Shown piece after piece: positions 1 through 5,767 of a DNA stretch of 7,873 nt (positions are counted from its first letter, which is position 1; every line of letters begins with the position of its first letter). The stretch covers positions 1 to 7,873 of the IMG/VR virus record IMGVR_UViG_2671180770_000001, one strand, 5' to 3'. Position numbers and translations under genes: made by a program. The stretch comes from a virus (Duplodnaviria; Heunggongvirae; Uroviricota; Caudoviricetes). The notes under the pieces were generated by a model. It was not told the origin of the DNA. It searched no databases and worked only from the letters and a program-made list of their open reading frames with translations.

Positions 1-100
1 CCCCATCCGCCAGCACCGACATGATTCTGCTGGTGAAATCCACCATCACCACCAGAAACAGCAGGAGTGCAGCCACAGCCAGGCGCAGTTTTACCGTCAC
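1..100 (-). CDS. Partial small hydrophobic (predicted membrane) protein; N-terminal 33 codons only, continues beyond the window start
   Basis: GTG at 100..98 overlaps the TGA stop of the upstream TerB-like gene (GTGA), with GGAG about 8 nt upstream. The frame stays open to position 1 and reads MTVKLRLAVAALLLFLVVMVDFTSRIMSVLADG, with a hydrophobic stretch of about 20 residues. Not in the ORF track because it is truncated. Confidence 0.4.
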   Translation of the reverse strand, partial: MTVKLRLAVAALLLFLVVMVDFTSRIMSVLADG

Positions 101-528
101 TGGTGATTCTCCAGACGAAGACCCAGAACACCGGCAATCTCTTCCAGCACCTTGCGCTCTTCCGGCTCAATTTCGCCGTCTGCCTCCGCAATGGCCACCG
201 CCACATCCAGCACATCTTCCGCTTCACGCGTATCGTGTTTCACATCTTCAATTTCACGCAATGCCGCTCGACGACCAATTTTAAAGTTCGTATCCAGCTG
301 ACCGATAATGGTTGCGCTAATCGCATTAATTTCTGACGTAAACGCGGACAACGCAGGCTGGTTACGCAAGACCTGCTCGATCTTCGCTTTCTCTGAAGCC
401 TCACATTCACCATCTGCATAGGCCACCAGATAGGCAGCATTAATAACCGCCTGTGCCAGATCACGTTTCTCAAACTTTTTAATTTCCACTGCCGCTCGGC
501 GGGCTTTTTTACCAAAAATACCAAACAT
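97..528 (-). CDS. TerB-family (tellurite-resistance TerB-like fold) protein, 143 aa
   Basis: The track ORF 97..600 is trimmed to the internal ATG at 528, which has AAAGGAA 8 nt upstream. The protein carries two copies of the acidic ADG-x5-E-x3-(L/I) motif (AYADGECEASEKAKIEQVL and AEADGEIEPEERKVLEEIAGVLGL) that I associate with the TerB / DjlA N-terminal fold. Family assignment is from motif recognition, not a search. Confidence 0.75.
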   Translation of the reverse strand: MFGIFGKKARRAAVEIKKFEKRDLAQAVINAAYLVAYADGECEASEKAKIEQVLRNQPALSAFTSEINAISATIIGQLDTNFKIGRRAALREIEDVKHDTREAEDVLDVAVAIAEADGEIEPEERKVLEEIAGVLGLRLENHQ

Positions 529-658
529 CGTGACGTTCCTTTGGGTGGGTGAGCCAACGCCCGGGAGCGATCTGCCCACAGAGAAAGTCACACTGACCAC
601 TCCGTAAGCTCACCCCCGAAAGGCTCTGTGGTTGATATGCGCCGGGCGTGGCGCAGAT

Positions 659-685
659 ACAAAAAAAGCCCGCCGAAGCGAGCCT
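659..685 (-). terminator. Rho-independent terminator immediately downstream of the tRNA cluster
   Basis: On the minus-sense RNA: GCUCGC-UUCG-GCGGGC hairpin (6 bp including one G.U, UUCG tetraloop) followed by UUUUUUUGU (plus strand 659..667 is acaaaaaaa). Confidence 0.55.
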
Positions 686-696
686 GATAATAAATC

Positions 697-771
697 TGGA
701 GCGGGTAGCGGGAATCGAACCCGCATCATCAGCCTGGAAGGCTGAGGTAATAGCCATTATACGGTACCCGC
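697..771 (-). tRNA. tRNA-Gly, anticodon UCC
   Basis: Reverse complement folds as a cloverleaf: perfect 7-bp acceptor stem GCGGGTA/TACCCGC, anticodon arm TCAGC-CTTCCAG-GCTGA, T arm GCGGG-TTCGATT-CCCGC, encoded CCA. Resembles the E. coli glyT type. Confidence 0.85.
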
Positions 772-774
772 ATA

Positions 775-850
775 TGGTGCCGGCTACCGGAATCGAACTG
801 GCGACCTGATGATTACAAGTCAGTTGCTCTACCATTGGAGCTAAACCAGC
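775..850 (-). tRNA. tRNA-Thr-like, anticodon UGU; degenerate stems, possibly impaired
   Basis: Reverse complement GCTGGTTTAGCTCCAATGGTAGAGCAACTGACTTGTAATCATCAGGTCGCCAGTTCGATTCCGGTAGCCGGCACCA. D arm GCTC/GAGC, anticodon loop CTTGTAA, T loop TTCGATT, discriminator A and CCA fit a thrU-like tRNA. The acceptor stem has two G.U pairs, the anticodon stem two mismatches and the T stem one mismatch. Confidence 0.6.
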
Positions 851-855
851 ATGTT

Positions 856-930
856 TGGCGGGACAGCGTGGACTCGAACCACGATAAGAAGGTTAACAGC
901 CTTCCGTAATGACCTTTATACGACTGACCC
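856..930 (-). tRNA. tRNA-Asn-like, anticodon GUU
   Basis: Reverse complement GGGTCAGTCGTATAAAGGTCATTACGGAAGGCTGTTAACCTTCTTATCGTGGTTCGAGTCCACGCTGTCCCGCCA. Perfect anticodon stem GAAGG/CCTTC with loop CTGTTAA, perfect T arm CGTGG-TTCGAGT-CCACG, encoded CCA. One U.U mismatch in the acceptor stem. Unlike the host-type tRNA-Asn I remember, so probably phage-type. Confidence 0.7.
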
Positions 931-984
931 AAATAAAAAAAGCCACCGTTGCAACTTAAGAGTCACTAACGGCAGCTTACATCT

Positions 985-1497
985 TTAAACGGTATGATAT
1001 TTCATTCTGGCTGCCTCAAAAGCCGCAGCGGCAAGTTCGGCAGTGTCATGGTATCCAAGGTTAATACACTTTCCAGACGCATTAATTCTTGCTCTCCATT
1101 TCCCGTACTTAGCATCCCAAGACACGCCACGGTATCCAGATTTATTATTCTTCTGAATTTTCCTGTTTTGCATATTTTCGGAATGAGTGACAAGACGAAG
1201 ATTTGATATCCGGTTATCTGTTCTTACCCTGTTGATGTGATCAATAAAACCATCTGGCATGGTGCCATAAACAATCAACCATGCCAGTCTGTGAGCAGGG
1301 TATGCTTTACCATTAATCATAATCATTAAATACCCATCAGAATTTATTGATGAGCATTTCTTGAAAGCAAAACGAGAGTTCCATGTCAAAGTGGTCCTCT
1401 CTCTCCCCTGCCTCCACCTCCAGTGAAAGTCGCCTGATGATGGATTGTAATCAACAACAGAAAGCACCATTTCTGGCGTTAATTTTATTTCTTTCAT
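985..1497 (-). CDS. HNH homing endonuclease with C-terminal AP2-like DNA-binding domain, 170 aa
   Basis: ATG at 1497 with AAGG upstream, stop TAA at 985..987. HNH-type motif region GFIDHINRVRTDNRISNLRLVTHSENMQNR; AP2-like segment GYRGVSWDAKYGKWRARINASGKCINLGYHDTAELAAAAFEAARMKYH. Codon usage is visibly AT-richer than the neighbouring genes. Confidence 0.8.
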   Translation of the reverse strand: MKEIKLTPEMVLSVVDYNPSSGDFHWRWRQGRERTTLTWNSRFAFKKCSSINSDGYLMIMINGKAYPAHRLAWLIVYGTMPDGFIDHINRVRTDNRISNLRLVTHSENMQNRKIQKNNKSGYRGVSWDAKYGKWRARINASGKCINLGYHDTAELAAAAFEAARMKYHTV

Positions 1498-1615
1498 CGC
1501 TTTACCTTAGGGATAGAGCCTGTTCGCGTAGATATGACAGCCAAGAGCGGAGCGATGTTTCCACCACCATATCTCAGGCCCATATCACTAAGACTCTTGT
1601 TTTGATTGCACGCGA

Positions 1616-1644
1616 ATGCAAAAAAGCCCACAGGAGGTGGGCTT
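1616..1644 (-). terminator. tR'-like rho-independent terminator of the short late leader transcript
   Basis: Minus-sense AAGCCCAC-CUCCU-GUGGGCUU (8-bp stem) followed by UUUUUGC. It lies about 45 nt downstream of the putative pR' -10 element. Confidence 0.7.
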
Positions 1645-1684
1645 GTGATGGTTGCTGAATGCAAAAGCAGCAGCATATGTGAAT

Positions 1685-1714
1685 ATTATGGCTAAATGGC
1701 TAATTGCATGTCAA
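1685..1714 (-). promoter_or_regulatory. pR'-like late promoter (putative -35 and -10; qut expected to overlap)
   Basis: Minus-sense TTGACA (1714..1709), 18-nt spacer, CATAAT (1690..1685). The -35 lies in the last codons of the Q-like gene and the -10 directly after its stop, the position pR' occupies in lambdoid phages. Confidence 0.45.
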
Positions 1715-2210
1715 GGCTTTTAACAGCAACATGCTTAACTTTCTCAACACGTTTACGCATTTTGAAAGCATTTTGCATTGGTTGGTACAAAACAAATAAT
1801 GACGCTTTCAGGATATCGTCAATTTCGTTTCTACAGGTTGCCAGTGAAGGTTTTCTCCATCCCTCGCCACCGCGTCCACACATCTTGCGTGGCTTTGCAG
1901 TCGCGTGATAGTAGGATGCAATTGCTCTCTTAGATGAACCATGAGCGTAGTAGCTGAGGAGGATGCCAAAGGCTTTCTTGTCAATGTACATGACGGAATC
2001 GACGACCTGAGAAATCAACATTCCATCATCATCATTGCACATTGGTCTTGTCATAACTCTTCCCGGCTCTACGCTCTCCATGAACTTCGCTATTACGCTG
2101 CTCATGCGCTTTTCCAGACGACCTGAATAAACCCATGCGCCCCACAGTTCAAGCCAGCCATTCAGCCAATCGTGCTGTTCTTTGGTGAGGTTTAGTTCTC
2201 TTATGCCCAT
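1692..2210 (-). CDS. Q: Late-gene antitermination protein Q (Q-family, not the lambda Q type), 172 aa
   Basis: ATG at 2210 with AAGGGAG upstream. Sits between ninG and the pR'/tR' pair. N-terminal WLELWGAWV motif resembles the ERWGAWA motif of Q proteins from other lambdoid prophages. Confidence 0.7.
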   Translation of the reverse strand: MGIRELNLTKEQHDWLNGWLELWGAWVYSGRLEKRMSSVIAKFMESVEPGRVMTRPMCNDDDGMLISQVVDSVMYIDKKAFGILLSYYAHGSSKRAIASYYHATAKPRKMCGRGGEGWRKPSLATCRNEIDDILKASLFVLYQPMQNAFKMRKRVEKVKHVAVKSLDMQLAI

Positions 2211-2253
2211 GCGACTTCTCCCTTGTTATCTGGAATGGTTTTTACTGAGAGCG

Positions 2254-2859
2254 TCATGCGGCCTCACTTCTGCTGTTTCGCAGGTCTTTGAGTTTCTGTT
2301 GGTACTCTGCCTTGATGGCCCTGCACTCTTCGACAGTCCAGCGATGGCGGTTATGGTTTGATTCGATTTCGTCTACTGCTTCCTGCCCGATGCGGTTAAT
2401 CAGTTCGACGCGATACGGAACGAGATTTCCGCTTTTGTGCTGGTTGCACACCACGCATTGCTTGTGAATATTGCGTTCATCAAATCGGAGTTGAGGCGCC
2501 GCAGCAGTTGTCCGGTAATGTCCGGCATCCCACTGAGCAGACGTGAGCGTTCCGCACGAGATACATGGTAAGTCGCGGTCTCTTTCTCTGATGAAGGCGT
2601 TTACGGCTTGTTGGGCTTGTTTAATCCAGTAACTGCGGGGCTTTAAGGCGAGTTTTCGAATCTTAATTTTATCTTTCTGTTTCTGCTCCTCTCGTCGTCG
2701 TTTCTTCTCTGCTGTTTTTTCCGCCTTTTCGCGTTCTTTATTTCGTCGTTCGAGCGCTAATTTAGTTCCGTGTTCCGGGCTGCACCACCACTGATTTGAG
2801 AATGCCGGGTGAAACCATTCCTTACAGATTTTGCATTTCCTTCGCGCTGGTTTAGCCAT
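2254..2859 (-). CDS. ninG: NinG (Rap) recombination-associated protein, 201 aa
   Basis: Translation ([39 protein letters not shown]...[30 protein letters not shown]) is nearly identical to lambda NinG as I recall it. GGGGAGG upstream of the ATG; the start overlaps the upstream stop (TAATG). Confidence 0.93.
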   Translation of the reverse strand: MAKPARRKCKICKEWFHPAFSNQWWCSPEHGTKLALERRNKEREKAEKTAEKKRRREEQKQKDKIKIRKLALKPRSYWIKQAQQAVNAFIRERDRDLPCISCGTLTSAQWDAGHYRTTAAAPQLRFDERNIHKQCVVCNQHKSGNLVPYRVELINRIGQEAVDEIESNHNRHRWTVEECRAIKAEYQQKLKDLRNSRSEAA

Positions 2860-3587
2860 TAAGCAGCCTCCCCTGTTACTTTAAGCATTCCGTTATCTAG
2901 CAGCTTTCTTGTCAGCCACTGTTGACCACGCCCGGTGATTTTTGTGGTGAACGATATCTGTATTCCGTGATTTGTGTTGACCGCTGTTTCTTTCACTGTG
3001 AAATAGCCACGATCCATATATTCCTGCATTGGCACATTGCGCCGGGAGCCTGAAGCAATAAGGATTTTGTGATCGCGCATCCACGCAAACAGTTTGTTTG
3101 GACCAATACCAACAACCTTTGCAAAGTTTCCAATCAAAATTCTGCTGGACTCGCCAACGCGATCGGCAAACTCAACTTTAGGTGCTGCGAGAGCAAGCTG
3201 TTTCTCCAGTTCAGCCTTCTGGCCTTCAAGGTCGGCCGCAAGGCGCAATGCCTCAGAAAAGGTTTGTGGTATTTTCGCGGTTGCCCCTTCGAGTTCTCGC
3301 CAGCGGTCAACAAGGCGAGCGGTGAATTCCGGCGACAACTGGGCAACGACAATAATGCTGTCGCGCTTACCTTGTTCGCCCTCAAAAACGTAAGCCTCTA
3401 CGCCACGAAGTAATCCTAAGTTATTGATTTTTTCGAAAACCACCATTGGGGGATTTCGGATCACACCTCGAACCGCCAGTCGTTCAATGGATTGTTTCAC
3501 CTTGTCATGACGACTTCCCACCAACTCAGCGATTTCAATGCTTGTCATTTTGATGACGTTGCTATTTATCAGCTCGTTCATTGTCAT
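2859..3587 (-). CDS. Rha-type N-terminal / KilAC (ANT) C-terminal antirepressor-like DNA-binding protein (Roi-like), 242 aa
   Basis: ATG at 3587 with GAGAGGA upstream. N-terminus ...[24 protein letters not shown]... resembles the Rha family; the C-terminal half resembles the phage antirepressor KilAC domain. Translationally coupled to ninG. Confidence 0.7.
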   Translation of the reverse strand: MTMNELINSNVIKMTSIEIAELVGSRHDKVKQSIERLAVRGVIRNPPMVVFEKINNLGLLRGVEAYVFEGEQGKRDSIIVVAQLSPEFTARLVDRWRELEGATAKIPQTFSEALRLAADLEGQKAELEKQLALAAPKVEFADRVGESSRILIGNFAKVVGIGPNKLFAWMRDHKILIASGSRRNVPMQEYMDRGYFTVKETAVNTNHGIQISFTTKITGRGQQWLTRKLLDNGMLKVTGEAA

Positions 3588-3610
3588 GTCCTCTCATATT
3601 GAAAATTCAG

Positions 3611-3638
3611 CAATAAAAAACCCAGCCGAAGCTGGGTT
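3611..3638 (-). terminator. Rho-independent terminator between the ORF6N gene and the Rha-like gene
   Basis: Minus-sense AACCCAGC-UUCG-GCUGGGUU (8-bp stem, UUCG tetraloop) followed by UUUUUUAUUG. Confidence 0.7.
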
Positions 3639-3655
3639 TGTTAAGTTGTCAATTG

Positions 3656-4342
3656 TCAGTAGCGATGCAGTGAAGGCGGCAACTCTTTGTTCTTAAGCCT
3701 TTCCCATGCCAGAAGGTTCGTCGGCCCGTCAGGCTCATAAATATCTATATCCCGCGTGTGATTAATTAAAACGCCCCTCGCCCTCCCGATGATATACGAG
3801 AACTCATAGCCGTAGTCGTGGCATATGCCGGAATAGCCAGACTGAATCAGTTTTAATGCGGGATACAACTCACGGAACAATGCCTGTGAGCGGTTGGCAT
3901 AATCCCATAGCCATACAAGGCTGTCTGTTTCTTTTGCGGAAAGCCCGTTGGGCTTCTTCTCTTGTTTGCCAGTATTTTTCTCGCACTGGCTGAAATAGCA
4001 GTCTTCCAATTTTTCGAACACTTCCCACGCCTGATCGGTTTCTAGCATTTTTGCGTGGCGGGCTGCGCCTCGTTCTGTCCAGAGGATGAGCGAGCGGGTT
4101 TTGGGAGAGATTTTCACCTCATTTTGCGACTCGTTTAAAACTAGTCGCAAATTTCTGAGTTCATCACCAACAGCTTTAAAGAAGTGCTTTCCCTCAATAA
4201 ACCGAGATTTATTTTCATGGTGATTCTGCTGTATACGGATTGTTTCTGTTCCATAAAGGCGGGCAAGCAACTCAGTTGTGATTACCGGAATCTGGTTATA
4301 GGTAACAGGGGAAAGGTTTTTGACAGAGATTTGAACAGTCAT
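3656..4342 (-). CDS. ORF6N (KilA-N-like) domain protein with uncharacterised C-terminal domain, 228 aa
   Basis: ATG at 4342 with GAGG 7 nt upstream. The N-terminal ~120 aa contain [16 protein letters not shown] and [31 protein letters not shown], matching the ORF6N pattern (FxEGKHYF ... LWTExG). The C-terminal ~100 aa are not recognisable to me. Confidence 0.7.
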   Translation of the reverse strand: MTVQISVKNLSPVTYNQIPVITTELLARLYGTETIRIQQNHHENKSRFIEGKHFFKAVGDELRNLRLVLNESQNEVKISPKTRSLILWTERGAARHAKMLETDQAWEVFEKLEDCYFSQCEKNTGKQEKKPNGLSAKETDSLVWLWDYANRSQALFRELYPALKLIQSGYSGICHDYGYEFSYIIGRARGVLINHTRDIDIYEPDGPTNLLAWERLKNKELPPSLHRY

Positions 4343-4383
4343 AACGACCTCGCGTTTCGATAATTTTTACCTCACCACCTTTA

Positions 4384-4474
4384 GGTGCTAATCATCGTGG
4401 TGGCGAACTGTGCGGGGTTAGCACTACCGGTCGAAACATCCGGCGAGCCTTTCGGCTCCCCCACACAGCCCGCC
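4384..4474 (-). promoter_or_regulatory. Candidate structured RNA / regulatory element upstream of the ORF6N gene
   Basis: Arms 4402..4417 and 4459..4474 form a 16-bp stem in minus-sense RNA (13 Watson-Crick plus 3 G.U); the same three positions are A.C or C.A mismatches on the plus strand. It encloses a GAGCC-GAAA-GGCUC hairpin (GNRA loop, 4445..4458) and a CCGG/CCGG hairpin (4427..4443). GGTGCTAATC at 4384..4393 recurs at 4549..4558, with an inverted copy of GTGCTAA at 4418..4424. Confidence 0.3.
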
Positions 4475-4503
4475 ATAAATCGCGAATGTGACTGTGCTTA
4501 GCG

Positions 4504-4527
4504 CATAAAAAAACCGCCAGCGCGGTT
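4504..4527 (-). terminator. Candidate rho-independent terminator downstream of ninE (tR3/tR4-like)
   Basis: Minus-sense AACCGC-GCUG-GCGGUU (6-bp stem) followed by UUUUUUUAU. Confidence 0.5.
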
Positions 4528-4617
4528 ATGCACCGTTTCGATATCCGGGGTGCTAATCCCGACGCCAGATTTTGCTGGCGTGCGAGGAATATAGCCCCGA
4601 ATAAATCATCGCGTCAA

Positions 4618-4800
4618 TCACCTTGTTTTCCTCGCACGATGTCTTAGCCACCGGATATCCCACAGATGAGCCGTGTAATTGAAGGTTTTTACGTCAGATT
4701 CTTTTGGGATTGGCTTGCGTTTATTTCTGGAGCGTTTCGTTGGAAGGTATTTGCAGTTTTCGCAGATGATGTCGGTGAAACTTCGTCGCTGTCGCCTCAT
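4618..4800 (-). CDS. ninE: NinE, 60 aa
   Basis: Internal ATG at 4800 of track ORF 4618..4890, overlapping the Dam stop (ATGA). Translation [60 protein letters not shown] matches lambda NinE as I recall it. Confidence 0.85.
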   Translation of the reverse strand: MRRQRRSFTDIICENCKYLPTKRSRNKRKPIPKESDVKTFNYTAHLWDIRWLRHRARKTR

Positions 4801-5324
4801 GCCGCCCTCCTGACGCCCTGCCCGATCGCCATCAATGCCGCTTTGGATACGGTAGTAAACATCCGTCGAGGACTGATGAACGGTCGCCAAATCAGCAGCA
4901 TGGAGCCTTTACTGTTTCCCTTCTTCTCCAGCCCTGTCGATGGTTCGATAAAATTAATCCGTCCATCAGTGATAATGCGAACTTCGTCGACACTCTCCAG
5001 AGCCTTGCTGAACCATCCGACTGACATATCCTCTGGCACAAGCATAACTACCGTCTGTCGCTGTTGTATGCACTGCTCAGCGGCTTTTTCCACCCACGGC
5101 CTGATATTGCTGTACGGTGGGTTATTCCAGATTGCACCGTGGCTTACCCACTCAGAATTGAGCGCGTCGTCGGCCTCAGTTAGCCAGTGAGCACACAGAG
5201 CATTTTTGTCGCTCGCTGCCGAATCCAGCCAGAATCCAAACTCAATATCCAGTGCATCAAAAAGCCAAAGCGGCGTTTGCCAGCAGTCCTTGTCGTGTGC
5301 TGGCGTATTTGATTTGATAGTCAT
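4797..5324 (-). CDS. Phage orphan DNA N6-adenine methyltransferase (Dam family), 175 aa
   Basis: N-terminal [11 protein letters not shown] and the catalytic NPPY motif ([14 protein letters not shown]). ATG overlaps the ninB stop (ATGA). It occupies the slot held by ninC in lambda. Confidence 0.85.
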   Translation of the reverse strand: MTIKSNTPAHDKDCWQTPLWLFDALDIEFGFWLDSAASDKNALCAHWLTEADDALNSEWVSHGAIWNNPPYSNIRPWVEKAAEQCIQQRQTVVMLVPEDMSVGWFSKALESVDEVRIITDGRINFIEPSTGLEKKGNSKGSMLLIWRPFISPRRMFTTVSKAALMAIGQGVRRAA

Positions 5325-5767
5325 GCAGCCCTACCTTTTCGTTGTGACCATTCATACTCTCGCCGGGAGTCATCACTCCACCGCACGTTGCGCTCTGAGC
5401 CGAACCAGAACATGATTTCGATAAGCTCAGTCATGCTGGCCTTCCGCATTTTTCTGGTACGCACGCCAAGCATGACAACGCCACCGTCGATACCAGGCAC
5501 ACTTCGTTGCTCCAGTTTTTTGGTCTTAAGCCACAGGGCAGTGAACAGGTCTTTCCAGTCTTCCGGCGCCAGCCGTTGACCATGCCATAGCACCTGACGC
5601 GAAACATCGTTCAGCATCGGCCACATGCGGTCATTCTGCGCTTTGCTGCGCCTGGGTTCTTTAACGTGGACTTCGTGGGGTGACTTGTCGTCGATGGGTA
5701 GTGAGAGAATGGCGTCTATGGCGTTATTTCTGATTGCTTCGTTGCGAAGCAGAAAGGCTTGCTTCAT
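5321..5767 (-). CDS. ninB: NinB (Orf-family recombination mediator), 148 aa
   Basis: Track ORF 5321..5869 trimmed to the ATG at 5767, which has GGAGAG upstream. The segment ...DRMWPMLNDVSRQVLWHGQRL...[19 protein letters not shown] is collinear with lambda NinB. Confidence 0.88.
   Translation of the reverse strand: MKQAFLLRNEAIRNNAIDAILSLPIDDKSPHEVHVKEPRRSKAQNDRMWPMLNDVSRQVLWHGQRLAPEDWKDLFTALWLKTKKLEQRSVPGIDGGVVMLGVRTRKMRKASMTELIEIMFWFGSERNVRWSDDSRREYEWSQRKGRAA

Noticed and set aside
21-336. Plus-strand track ORFs 21..284 and 67..336
   Set aside because: They lie antisense to the TerB-like gene and the membrane-protein start, have no ribosome-binding sites and give low-complexity translations; treated as antisense artefacts.
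240-557. Minus-strand ORF 240..557 (105 aa)
   Set aside because: Alternative frame fully inside the TerB-like gene, with no independent start signal or recognisable product.
509-835. Minus-strand ORF 509..835 (108 aa)
   Set aside because: It spans the tRNA-Gly and tRNA-Thr-like genes and the terminator; a protein-coding gene running through tRNAs is implausible.
931-973. Hairpin plus U-run between the HNH stop and the tRNA-Asn-like gene as a terminator
   Set aside because: The stem is only about 6 bp with a 17-nt loop and three unpaired bases before the U-run; too weak to call, and termination here would cut the tRNAs off from the late transcript.
994-1206. ORFs 994..1206 (+) and 1002..1193 (-)
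   Set aside because: Embedded in or antisense to the HNH endonuclease gene, which has the coherent domain structure.
1383-1676. ORFs 1383..1658 (+) and 1494..1676 (-)
   Set aside because: They run across the tR' hairpin and the pR'-like promoter and overlap the HNH start; no ribosome-binding sites. The region is better explained as promoter, leader and terminator.
1696-2126. Plus-strand ORFs 1696..1908 and 1941..2126
   Set aside because: Antisense to the Q-like gene with no supporting signals.
2893-3413. ORFs 2893..3084 (-), 3069..3413 (+), 3094..3393 (+) and 3134..3385 (-)
   Set aside because: All nested in or antisense to the Rha/KilAC gene, whose full-length frame has recognisable domains.
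4384-4476. Possible 31-codon ORF on the minus strand (ATG at 4476..4474) in the ninE-to-ORF6N intergenic region
   Set aside because: No Shine-Dalgarno sequence, and the frame coincides with the GC-rich 16-bp stem and hairpins; the RNA structure explains the sequence better than coding. No ninF-like translation was found in any frame.
4618-4890. Full 90-aa extent of track ORF 4618..4890
   Set aside because: The upstream 30 codons overlap the Dam C-terminus in another frame; the internal ATG at 4800 gives the 60-aa NinE with ATGA coupling.
4666-5190. Plus-strand ORF 4666..5190 (174 aa)
   Set aside because: Long antisense frame across ninE and the Dam gene; the minus-strand genes have motif support (NPPY, lambda NinE identity) and translational coupling.
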